From the NCBI RefSeq assembly GCF_964204645.1, contig NC_134033.1:13152655-13216654 (forward strand): a DNA stretch of 64,000 bases. The letters are read 5' to 3'. Shown in pieces: positions 25,969 through 38,689 of the stretch. Positions within the stretch are counted from its first letter, which is position 1. The number at the start of each line of letters is the position of its first letter. Both the position numbers and the translations under genes were made by a program. Below the pieces are notes generated by a model. It saw nothing but the letters and a program-made list of their open reading frames with translations, had not been told where the DNA came from and searched no databases. The stretch comes from Tubulanus polymorphus (lineage: Eukaryota; Animalia; Nemertea).

Positions 25969-28524
25969 TCTGAATTGTGTAAGTGATTTGTAAGCTTCTG
26001 ATTTCTATTTTACGTTTAACATTCAGCAAATTTCAAGCAACTGGTTCCCATCCGCATGCAGATTTGAACTTGAGATATTCACCATTTTGACCACTCGGCA
26101 TCACTTTCAGCAATAGAATATCTGCGAGTCTAGGACTTCCACCTCTTAGCAATTCAACATAACACCTTTGTTTATCCTATATTGATGCACCAGGGGCCAG
26201 TTGCTCAAAAGTTGGTAACTGGTGGACAAACTATTTCCATTTTCACTATGGCATTTGTCTAACAGTTGACTAACCAATTTTACTTGAGCTGCTTGTCCCT
26301 GATCCACACTGACCTGACAACTCGTAATCTAATGATTTATGATATTAAATAAGATATGTCATCATTCAATACGATCACAAAATTATAAAAGGAATACTTG
26401 AATGGTTACATGACATAATTAGTTGACTGATAATTCCATCGACACAATGGCAACGATTGATTTGTTCAAAGAAGAACCAATAATCATCATTTGGCGTTAC
26501 CACGTGATCGTTTGATTTGGTCCGACCATTGGAAATATTGGAACTCTGGAATAGGAGGCTGAAAGCTCGGCAGTCAGAAATTACTGAGAATCAGTTTTCA
26601 AGTGATAAAAATGTCACATATAAAGCTGATGGAGTGTATGGTTTGAGAATCGCATGGCCGCGAGTGGGAGAGCTGGGTAGAGGTGCCCCTCGATTACAAC
26701 ATAATTTGATTTAATTCGACAAGAAAAAGGACATAATTCGTAATGTCAACCTAAATTCTAGCTGAAGAAATGGGAGATTATAGCATTGGTTAAAAACATA
26801 TATAAACTAAAAACATTAACCACTTTGAACAACATCTACCTGAGAAAAAATGATGATAAACTATCGGACTATTTACACGTAGAAAACGACCAAAAAATGA
26901 TCTTCAACCTTGTAATATAGCTATTTCCAAAATTTCGATGTATTAAATTAGGCAGCCAAGAAAATTCACCCCAATCAGTCGCTTGCCGGTTCAGACTGAA
27001 TGGAAGATTGTTTGAATGAACCGGAACTGAATTTTCCCAATTATGTACCTCGATTTAAACAAAAAATTCTGTAAACGCCGATCACACAACTATATCTGTA
27101 CTTCGATTTCCGATTTCAAAATCAAACCCCTGTTTCGCTCCCGACAGGTGTGGTGGGTCTGTAAGGGACACGTACCGAGGAGGAAGAACCTGAATTTATT
27201 AAAACGCGTTTTCAAATGATTTTAATGAGGTTTAATATTGAATTTAGACAACCGAGTTTCTTAGGTCATTATTTCTCCCTGCCCTAGTAGAGTTTATAAA
27301 CAAATTTCCGAAAGGGTTGATTTGTGAGGATATTTGGTGGATGTTAGGCTCCCCCTTCCTTCTCCATTCAGATTAGATATTTTTTTAAATTACATTTTTC
27401 TTATGGACACTTACGTTTTGTAAAATTTGGTGATTGTTTATTTCACGTAGGTTTAGATATTTCAGTATTTCAGACCAAAATCAAAAATGGGATAAGAGTA
27501 AATTGGAACAAGAAACGAAATTCTAATACCGGTATGGACTTTCCTAAATTTACATGATGATGTACCGTTTAATCCAGTATAATCCAGTCAAAATTAAAGA
27601 AAACAATTTGGTTTTTTTCAAATTATGAGTGGTAAGCATGAAGTTTTTGGTAGAATTTCAGAGGATCGGTGCTCCAAGTAAATAAAAAAGCCTAATATGT
27701 CTCCCCTCAATATGAATCAAGTTTAAAAAAATGAAAATCTGTCTATTGACGGGATTCTGTGATAACAGTATGAATGATGATTACATGAATTCATGGTATT
27801 AGTCGGTTTCCCCCAATGACTCAAATAGACTGCCTTCCTCGGCCTCGTGCATGCTGTGAGTTAGTTATCTCGGGGTGCATGAACTGTCCGTGACTAATAA
27901 ACTAATTTCATTAGTAAATGTTTACGCGGTTTCTATGATATGAGGACCTGTGTTGGTGTGAATCTTAAACTGAAGAGCTATCAGTCGGTATAATTTATAA
28001 ATTATTCTAGAATTTAAGAAAAAAAAAACAGGCGGCGGCTAATAAATTTGGAAGTAGCTGTTGGGAATCAAGTAATTTATTTCATGGCCTTATCAAAGTT
28101 CCTCCACTATATTGTTCAGCTGGCTACTGGTGCGTATTCAACCCGGCGGTGGAACCTTTCATAATGTAAATCCATTCAACAATAGAGACACAATTGCGGT
28201 TATTCAGAGTTGTTGATATCATTTATACGCGCTATTGAATACGTCACCGGCTGACCACGGTGTACACAAGCATAGGCCATTCACCTCTGCACACTCACGC
28301 TGTGAACATGCTACCGTGGATTCTCCTCCTGGTGATTTTCGCTGCGCTCCCGCTCCTGCTCCTGTTCCTGCTTCCTGAGGAACGACGTCTTTATGTTTTA
28401 TGTGTTACTGTTCGTCTCTGTACTGTCCTGTACTGTTCCGTGTTCATTAGTCCGTTCTATTTTCCAGGATTTAACCCGTTATATTTTTCAGGGCCGATTT
28501 CTGTGTCGAATTTCAACGTTTGCT

Positions 28525-29215
28525 GGAACAAAACTAATGTCCGAAAGCGTCGGCTCTCCTTCGCCGGTCACATGTCGAGGATGTCAGACAAAGAGTCGGT
28601 CAGGAAATGGCTGCCCTCTACACGCCCTCATACGGAACACGAAAACCAGGATGACGAGGCCTCACTCTCCCCACATATCAACAGAGTGTGCTTGGTGACG
28701 TCAATGACGGGCAAGTCAGTCGGATTGCACGGGTTAAAAGTGGAGTGGTAAAGCTGGACTGTCTACTAGTATTCATTGATTCCTTTTCAGGGATTGCTTC
28801 GGACAAAGATTTAGTCATGTCTTCCTTTGCGTTCTAGCATTCATTGATTCCTTTTAAGGGATTGCTTCGGGCAGGGATTAATTTCCCTGTCTTCCTTTGA
28901 GTGTTAGTATTCATTGATTCTGCGTGGGTCGCTTCGGGCAGGCTAAGTCTTGTCTTCCTTCGAGTGCTAGTGCGGGCAATCCAGTTGCGCTGCCCTATTT
29001 TTGGCTTGGGCAATTTGATAGGTTTGTCAGTTACTGACGTCACCCAGCACACCCTGTTGGTAAATGGTGAAAGTATGGCATCGTCATCCTGGTTTTCGCG
29101 TTCTGTGTGAGGGCGTGTAGAGGGCAGTATATTCCTGGCTGGCTCTTTGTCTGGTGTTCTGGGCATGTGACCGGCGACGGAGAGCTGAAAAGCTTTCGGA
29201 CATTAGTTTTGTTCC
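28525..29215. mobile_element. Inverted pair of RTE-clade LINE 3' fragments around a tandem-repeat spacer
   Basis: The + arm translates RKRRLSFAGHMSRM and, in another frame, LYTPSYGTRKPG*, an RTE C-terminal motif. The reverse-complement arm lies at ~28975-29215. Confidence 0.65.
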
Positions 29216-29799
29216 GAACCAGGTTTTTATCGCTCGTCTCTTTTTTTTCATTTCAGGACTCCCAAGATGAAGAAGAAGATGCTGAAGGCGACTACAGAAG
29301 ATGGCGAAAAAAGAACACTGAACACAGTAATATTGAAGTTGATACACATGTAAATTACGATGCGTGATACGGAAAGGATAGTGTAACTACAGAATATCGT
29401 TCTTTTACTCATTTCAGGTTAATCCGGAAAGGCCCATCTAAAATCTACCCACTAGAAGTGCCAAGAAAAGACTCCACGTTGAATGAACCAAACACTGAAA
29501 GACCTGCCGCAACCAAACCTGGCAGTCTCATCCTGCATGGCAACAGGAATGCATACATACATAAAGCTAAGTCTATTTTTCATATCTGGGGTAGATCGAT
29601 AGGCACTGGTGAGGATACAGACGCTGGTCAAGCTCACCATCTCCGCACTACTTTATTGAAGCTCTATGGCCGGTATATTGTTAAAAGTAAATTGAAATAT
29701 AGCTAGGGCAATGGTTGCTTGAATATTAACAATATTAGACGAAATGATTGAGTGAGGTCCCTTGAATATTCTTTGGTCAGATAATTAAAATGTAGATTG

Positions 29800-31910
29800 G
29801 TCAGTTGTTGACTAAAAGATTTTTTAAGTATGTACAATTAAGGTAAATTCACTATCTTATGTGAAATTTTCCGAATGTACCGTAGATATTTCAGCCCTCA
29901 TATGGCTTGTTTAACTGACAATCAAGATATAGATAGGACAATTTACTAATTAACCAATCGCTTAGATATTAGCAATCATTCAATTTCTTATAATGTTTGA
30001 CGAGAAATTCTTCAGGTGTAGATATTTAAGGGCCCCATTTACATTTAGGCTGGCTTTACTTGTAAAGATATATATCAATTAAACTTTATCGTCGGTTAAT
30101 AGATTTTTTTACAAATGATATATTGATACATATGTCATTTATAAACATTGGAGCACTTTACAGTATATATTATATGCTGCTTTACCCATTGCATTAATGA
30201 ATTCCTGGGGGAAAGATGTATGAAATAGTGTCTAGGGCTCTATCGAGATCTAGTGTAATATATATGGGGAAAACTATGGACTACATGGCTTTTAGAAACT
30301 GTGATTAGGTCTCAGCACTTTGATAAATCTAGAATAAAAAAAGCTTCAATTGATTCAAATCATTCCCCACAGCCATGCTCTGTGCCTTGTTTTGGGCTAT
30401 GATTATTGTTTAACTGACAATCATCATATATCTATAGCTAGGACAAATTGCTCATTAACCAATGGCTTAGATATCCACAATTAAGATGAATTTAATATTT
30501 CATGTAAGATCAAAAACTATTTATATGCTATGTATGAAATAATTTATATGTGATACAGGTCCATTATAAATATCATTAAACTGACAATTTAGATAGGGCT
30601 GATATATGTATATTTGTGTATATCTGTATAATAAGTGTATCAGTCTCATCGACTGATCAGTATTTACATCTCCAACTGCCGGACTTACGGCGACTGGTCA
30701 TGCTCTTCAATATTGCCAAAATTTACCAAAACCTTACTGATTCAAATGATATCTAAAAGCCATACTGTGTGTCAAGTGATGCATAATAGATATTGTTTAT
30801 TAACTGACAATTAGAATATAGCTAAGATGAATTACTCATTAACGTATTACTTAGATATCTACAATTAAGGTTAATTCAATTGTTATGTGAAATTATTTTA
30901 TATTCAAGTCCATTGACATTTAAAATTTAGCTGATACATGTGTATCTGAGCAAATTAATTATTTATCTGTATCTAAAGTGAACCTATGGTGTCGTCATAC
31001 AGCTGTATTAGTTTTGATACATATTGCCAAATTCATTTAACGCAGATTTACTTCCGATTGAAGGGAGATAAGACAAATCTGTACATGCACAAATACATTC
31101 CTGAATTTGGAAGGGAGAATATTTCAATTTCACTGTGTATGTCAGATTGAGAGCCTTAATCTGACAGGATATCCTAAACTTAGGTCTTATTCCTCTTGCT
31201 AATAGCTCTCTTTTACTAACCCCTCTCCTTCAAGCTATATTCCAGCATCATGTCTTGCACCGCACCAGGGAGGTCCGGTCATAACAAGGTCTTTCGATCC
31301 TTATACACAGTGTACTGTAAAAGATATAAAAAAATAAAGATTACATAGCAATTCGGCTATAAGGGAATTTCTAATTTACCACTAAAAATGTGCTTTTATC
31401 TTAAGTTCTGATGAATTCAAATAGTGATGAATTCACCACATCTGAAATTCTACTCGTGTAGATTTTCAGGCTCCATATAAATATGAATATTGTTGACTGA
31501 CAATTAAGATGTAGCTAGTATGATGACTAATTAACGGATCGCTTAGATATCTAGAAAATTAGTTAAAATTAATTCAATATAATGAATATAAGTGAAAATT
31601 ATTTAAAAAATAGCGCAGTGGATGAGACAACTGTATCGGGCAATGTTGTCTGCATCTAACTGGGCCACATGTGTGAGGTATCTGTTGAATCAGTTAGGTT
31701 TTGGGGAATTCTGGGTTCGTTTAGCTAGGTATCGAAAGCTCTGATGCAAAATTAGTAGTGGAAATAATGATGAATTCAAATTTATATCGGATCTGAAATT
31801 CTTCTCGTGTAGAAATTTCAAGCCCCATATAAAATATTGTCCGAGACAATTTTAATTATATCTAGGACATTAATTGATTTATTAGGTATCTACAATAAAG
31901 ATTAACTCAG
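29800..31910. repeat. Dispersed degenerate AT-rich repeats (TTAACTGACAAT...GCTTAGATATCTACAATTAAG)
   Basis: Motif recurs at ~29805, 29910, 30410, 30578, 30800, 31493 and 31840. Confidence 0.6.
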
Positions 31911-33269
31911 CATCTTCATATAAGGTAAAAGTGCTCAAATCCAAACCATATGGGTTGATGAGACAACTGTATAATTAACTATTGGTTTAGGCCTATACCC
32001 TATACGGGGTGTGTTTTAACTCTGTCTCTTGGGCGTGGAATTTTTTGAATCATTAATGCTTTGCAGAATTCTGGATTTGTCAAGGTGTGGGGTGATTCAA
32101 GGTTTCTTAAATCTGTGGAACCATGTTACTTATAGGATCAGTGTGCTCAATGCTGGCAGCGCACTCACTCTTGTTAGCTATATTATCATAATTACAAGAT
32201 CATTGTATATATTTTACGTGCAATATTTAGAATTACTGAAATGGATGAGAATACCATTCACTGGGCACAGATGTCACCATCTGTGGGTAGAAAACATATC
32301 TCTTAAAGTTTATTAATTGACGATGAAGTTAATTTGATAATATGAACATGGTTAAGCTGACAATCGAAATGTATATAGGGGGCAATATTACTAGCAGGTT
32401 TGCACTATATGATGGGCCTGGGTTTTAATGAAAGCCTACTGGCCACTGGGTGTTTAGCACCCAAGAAAGAAAAATATCAAGACTTTCTGAAGATAGAAAA
32501 GAAACTACAGTACAAAAACAATTTGAACAGATTGATTATGCATTATTAAATTTACTGTAACTCTGGTATTCCTCAAGATAACTAGAGATGCTTGAGTCGA
32601 ATTGTTGTTAAATTATAATAATCAATATCAGATATCTAGAATGAATATAGATGAATTACAATATGAATTGAATTTCATATAAACAATGTTTAATAATTGA
32701 CTATTATCAAAATCTACTTACCGGTCCACATTGCTCATCTATACTAGTGAATGAATTGACATGTTAATTATGATCAGTGATATTGGAAAGGATTTTCAGC
32801 TCACAAGATTTTGCTCTTTTTTTCAGCTATACTATTAATAAACTGGTCATAAAATGTACAAAGTGATCTTCAACCTTGTAATATAGATATTCCAAATGTC
32901 GATGTATTAAAATAGGCAGTCAACTTAATTGACCTCAATCAGTCGCTTGCCGGTTCAGACTGGTTGGAAGATTAATTGAATGAACCGGAACCGGATTTTC
33001 CAATAATGTGCTTGGTTTTAAAGAAAACAAAATTTATGTAAAATCGACCCCCAATCACACAACTATATCTGTACTTCGATTTCCGATTTTGAATATAAAA
33101 CTAGACAAAATTATTCAACCTTGTAAACTTTTGGACTATTTACATGAAAAAAAAGAGCAAAGAATTGTATAAACTAGACAAAATTATTCAACCTTGTAAA
33201 CTTTCGGACTATTCACACGAAAAAAACGACAAAAAATATGTAAAATTAGACAACCAACTTAGGAGACCC

Positions 33270-36200
33270 TCGCCGATAATGAACCCGGCAATCATAAAAG
33301 GTAACTTAATATAGATGGAATTATTGCGATAAATTCTAATTGAAAAAATTTGTCATTACAGGATAACTTCTTTAAATCATTGCAGCTAGATTTCAACTAT
33401 ATGAAAAACCCAGCTTGAGATCAACTACTCGTCCAAAATCGACCAACTGGAACAGCGAACAGATTAGGCCAACAGAATCGAACTCATTTACCAACCAACT
33501 AATAAGATAATCGCCAATAACGAACCCAGCAATCATAAAAGGTAACTTGATATACATGAAATTATTACGATTAATTCTTATTGAAATATTTTGTCATTAC
33601 AGAATATCTTCTTTTAATCATTGCAGCTAAATTTCAACTATGCGAAAAAAACCAGTTTGAGAACAACTACTCGTCAAAATCGACCAACTTGAGCGGCGCA
33701 TAGCCAACTAGGATCGAACTCATTAACCAATCAACTAATAAGATAATCGCTGATAAAGAACCCACTAATCATAAAAGGTAACTTGATATACATGAAATTA
33801 TTACGATTAATTCTTATTGAAATTTGGTCATTACAGAATATCATCTTTTAATCATTGCAGCTAAATTTCAACTATGCGAAAAACCCAGTTTGAGAACAAC
33901 TACTCGTCAAAAATCAACCAACTTGATCGGCGCATAGCCAACTAGGATCGAACTCATTAACCAATCAACTAATAAGATAATCGCTGATAAAGAGCCCAGC
34001 AATCATAAAAGGTAACTTGATATACATGAAATTATTACGATAAATTCTTATTGAAAAATTTTGTCATTAAAGGATATCTTCTTTTGATCATTGCAGCTCA
34101 ATTTCAACTATGAGAAAAAACCCAGCTTGAGAACGATTACTCGCCCAAAATCGACCAACTTGAACAGCACACAGGGAGGGCCAACCAAATCGAACTCATT
34201 AAGGCACAAACTTTAGATGATCCACACCGATAATGAACCAAGCGATCATAAAAGGTAACTTGATATACATGGAATTATTACGATTAATACTTATTGAAAT
34301 ATTTTGTCATTAAAGGATATCTTCTTTTGATCATTGCAGCTAAATTTCAACTATGAGAAAAAACCCAGCTTGAGAACAATCACTAGCCCAAAATCGACCA
34401 ACTTGAACAGCACACAGGTGGGGCCAACCAAATCGAAATCATTAAGGCGCAAACTTTAGATGATCCACACCGATAACGAACCAAGCAATCATGAAAGGGA
34501 ACCAAGCAATCATAAAAGGTAACTTGATATACACGAAATTATTACGATTAATTCTTATTGAAAAATTTTGTCATTAAAGGATATCTTCTTTTGATCATTG
34601 CAGCTAAATTTCAACTATGCGAAAAAACCCAGTTTGAGATCAACTACTTGTCAAAATCGACCAACTTGAACAGCACACAGATGGGGCCAACAGAATCGAA
34701 CTCATTAACCCACCAACTTTAGATGATCCACACCGATAACGAACCAAGCAATCATAAAAGGTAACTTGATATACATGGAATTATTACGATTAATTCTTAT
34801 TGAAATATTTGGTCATTACAGGATATCTTCTTTTAATCATTGCAGCTAAATTTCAACTATGCGAAAAACCCAGTTTGAGATCAACTACTCGTCCAAAATC
34901 GACCAACTTGAACAGCGCACAGATGGGGCCAACAGAATCGAACTCATTAACGCACAAACTTTAGATGATCGCTGATAAAGAGCCCAGCAATCATAAAAGG
35001 TAACTTGATATACATGAAATTATTACGATAAATTCTTATTGAAAAATTTTGTCATTAAAGGATATCTTCTTTTGATCATTGCAGCTAAATTTCAACTATG
35101 AGAAAAAACCCAGCTTGAGAACGATTACTCGCCCAAAATCGACCAACTTGAACAGCACACAGGGAGGGCCAACCAAATAGAACTCATTAAGGCACAAACT
35201 TTAGATGATCCACACCGATAATGTACCAAGCAATCATAAAAGGTAACTTGATATACATGATATTATTACGATTAATTCTTATTGAAAAATTTTGTCATTA
35301 AAGGATATCTTCTTTTGATCATTGCAGCTAAATTTCAACTATGTGAAAAAACCCAGTTTGAGATCAACTACTCGTCAAAAATCGACCAACTTGAGCGGCG
35401 CACAGCCAACTAGGATCGAACTCATTAACCAATCAACTAATAAGATAATCGCCAATAACGAACCCAGCAATCATAAAAGGTAACTTGATATACATGAATT
35501 TATTACCATTAATTCTTATTGAAATATTTTGTCATTACAGAATGTCATCTTTTAATCATTGCAGCGAAATTTCAACTATGCGAAAAAACCCAGTTTGAGA
35601 ACAACTACTCTCAAAAATCGACCAACTTGAACAGCGCACAGCCAACTAGGATTGAACTCATTAACCAATCAACTAATAAGATAATCGTCAATAATGAAAC
35701 CGGCAATCAAAAAGGTAACTTGATATACATGAAATTATTACGATTGATTCTTATTGAAAAATTTTGTCATTAAAGGATATCTTCTTTTGATCATTGCAGC
35801 TAAATTTCAACTATGCGAAAAACCCAGTTTGAGAACAACTACTTCTCAAAAATCGACCAACTTGAACAGTGCACAGCCAACTAGGATCGAACCCATTAAC
35901 CAATCAACTAATAAGATAATCGCCGATAATGAAACCAGCAATCATAAAAGGTAACTTGATATACATGGAATTGTTACGATTAATTCTTATTGAAATATTT
36001 GGTCATTACAGGATATCTTCTTTTAATCATTGCAGCTAAATTTCAACTATGCGAAAAAACCCAGCTTGAGATCAACTACTCGCCCAAAATCGACCAACTT
36101 GAACAGCGCACAGATGGGGCCAACAGAATCGAACTCATTAACGCACAAACTTTAGATGATCCACACCGATAAAGAACCAAGCAATCATAAAAGGTAACTT

Positions 36201-36969
36201 GATATACATGAAATTATTACGATTAATTCTTATTGAAATATTTGGACATTACAGGATATATCTTCTTTTAATCATTGCAGCTAAATTTCAACGATGCGAA
36301 AAAACCCAGCTTGAGATCAACTACTGGTCCAAAATCTACCAACTTGAACAGCGCGCAGAGCGATAGGCCAACAGAATTGAACTCATTAACCAACCAACTT
36401 TAGATGATCCACACCGATAATGAACCAAGCAATCATAAAAGGTAACTTAATATACATGGAATTATTACGATTAATTCTTATTGAAATATTTTGTCATTAC
36501 AGGATATCTTCTTTTAATTATTGCAGCTAAATATCAACTATGAGAAAAAACCCAGCTTGAGATCAACAACTCATCAGAAAATCTACAAGTAGATGAATAC
36601 TGATTGACCCATTTGCTGATGAAAACTGCAGAAGCCCAGATTAGAAGTTGAGGAGCCAGCAACGGATAGGCCAACAGAATCGAACTCATTAACCAACCAA
36701 CTTTAGATGATCCACACCGATAATGAACCAAGCAATCATAAAAGGTAACTTAATATACATGGAATTATTACGATTAATTCTTATTGAAATATTTTGTCAT
36801 TACAGGATATCTTCTTTTAATTGTTGCAGCTAAATATCAACTATGAGAAAAACCCAGCTTGAGATCAACAACTCATCAGAAAATCTACAAGTAGATGAAT
36901 ACTGATTGACCCATTTGCTGATGAAAACTGCAGAAGCCCAGATTAGAAGTTGAGGAGCCAGCAACGGAT
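33270..36969. repeat. ~240-bp satellite array, ~15 monomers
   Basis: AATCATAAAAGGTAACTT recurs every 233-264 bp from 33290 to 36431, then after 303 bp. Confidence 0.95.
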
Positions 36970-37869
36970 TAATCACTCAATGATGGATTCTTCTACAAAC
37001 GGTGGTTGATTTCTATAAAATATTTTATCAGGAGCAGCAGAGACTATAGTGAATCATATAAACACTCATTCGAGCGATAAAGCTAATGGATTATCCCATA
37101 AACACTGATTCAGGAAAAGTACTGTTTTAAAAGCAGCATAGACAATAGTGTATCAGCATAAACAATAGCGCATCTTATAAACACTGAGATCCAGGAGCGG
37201 CAAAGACAATAGCGGATTTTTGTCGTAAAGTATTGATTTTTTTACTTATCACCCTTTTTCAAACCAGTCTGATATAGTGTTGTAAAGGAAATTATTTTAT
37301 AATGTTTATTGCAATGTGAGAGTCTAATAAAAGCTTAGCTCCATTAATTCACAATATTGGTATTCGATCCTTGGTTGATAGAGAAGTCAAGTTAGGTTAG
37401 TCACTAGGGGTCAATTGGTCGCGCCGAGCGCCTTGTTTGGGCTCGCAGGTCTGTTGAGTTAACTCCTAAACTGAGATGTAGTTTCAACATGATATTGTGA
37501 GTTTAATCTTTAAACTTTACCATAGTTAAACATAGTCAACTATGGCTATTTGTCCGTGTAGGTATCACATAGTTAGGAAACATAGAACATAACGTTAGGC
37601 CAGTGTTGATGTACAAATATTAAGTATTTGCTGAATTGTAGATGTATTAATTTGATAGATATATATTTTCGAAGGCCCATGTAATTGAATTCACAAGTGA
37701 ATCGTATATGTCGATTTTCACATCGAGTTTTGACTTTGAGCCTCCATCAATCGGTTTGATGGTCATAGCTACGTATTTGAAATCAAAAGCTTTATTTGAG
37801 AGGAGACCATTATTTACATTTGAGAGGTAAAGCTAGGAATAACAAGGCATAAAGTTATAGCTAGGACTA

Positions 37870-37985
37870 ATTTTAAACGTTTTAGCATTGTTTATAGCTG
37901 TTTGAACTTCCGTCATTGTAATGGGTAAATCCATATCACGAGAAGGCTCTCGTGAATAATCACTTAGCTTCAAATTGGGTGTATA
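37870..37985 (-). mobile_element. LINE ORF2 fragment
   Basis: Minus strand reads DMDLPITMTEVQTAINNAK, resembling the pre-RT 'PIT.EEV..AI..LK' motif. Confidence 0.4.
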
Positions 37986-38689
37986 ATTATTATAAAGGAG
38001 TGGCAGTGAATCGGTAGCGCTTTTTTAAAATGGGCCCAGAAACTTTACAGTGAAAAAATGCCTGCAGTTGTAAATAGAGGAGTATAAATAATACATAATA
38101 GGCTACAAACTACAAGTACATAAATTAATCAAAAAATAAATCTAAAAAAAACCAATGAATATTAAGTAGTTAATAATACAAAACACAAGTACATACATAA
38201 ATAGATAATATTAAAAAATAGATAAAAATGATAAACAACAATAGAAACAAACAACAAATTAATATTCTATTTACATGAAAAGGCATTTTTTCAAATATTT
38301 ATCAACAAGGTTCTTCATTTATCGAACAACCTTCGCTTAAGTATAGCGAAATCCCAAGATCTTTTCTGTTGTTGTTTTAAGCATTCTATCGGACTCAGTT
38401 ATTTTAATGAACAAAACAAATAACCATAAACCTTAACTAAATCGAACACACTTAAAAAAAATAACTGATATGATAGAATGCTTTAAATAACTGTGATGAA
38501 AGATCGACCCTCCTTTGAACTAGCCGCGCTCAATCACTGCTGTGACTTTATTGTTATACGGGGGGTAGACTTACTATCTAAAATCTCGTACATACATTTT
38601 ACTTTTATAAAGAATGTAAAACAGCTATAAACTTAAGTTATTAATGTTATTGATTAGTTACCGATTGTATAATGATGTTGATGTTTTTG

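Noticed and set aside
28260-28751. 163-aa ORF with a hydrophobic signal-like N-terminus
   Set aside because: Hydrophobicity comes from CT-rich low complexity, and the C-terminal half is a frameshifted RTE fragment.
29257-29706. Possible small spliced gene (MKKKMLKA.../LIRKGPSKIYPLEV...)
   Set aside because: Acceptors are plausible but donors are weak. Only a faint resemblance to a Bel/Pao C-terminal motif; not supportable without transcripts.
35519-36731. Repeated short ORFs (MKYFVIT...)
   Set aside because: Translations of satellite monomers; frames are broken in most copies.
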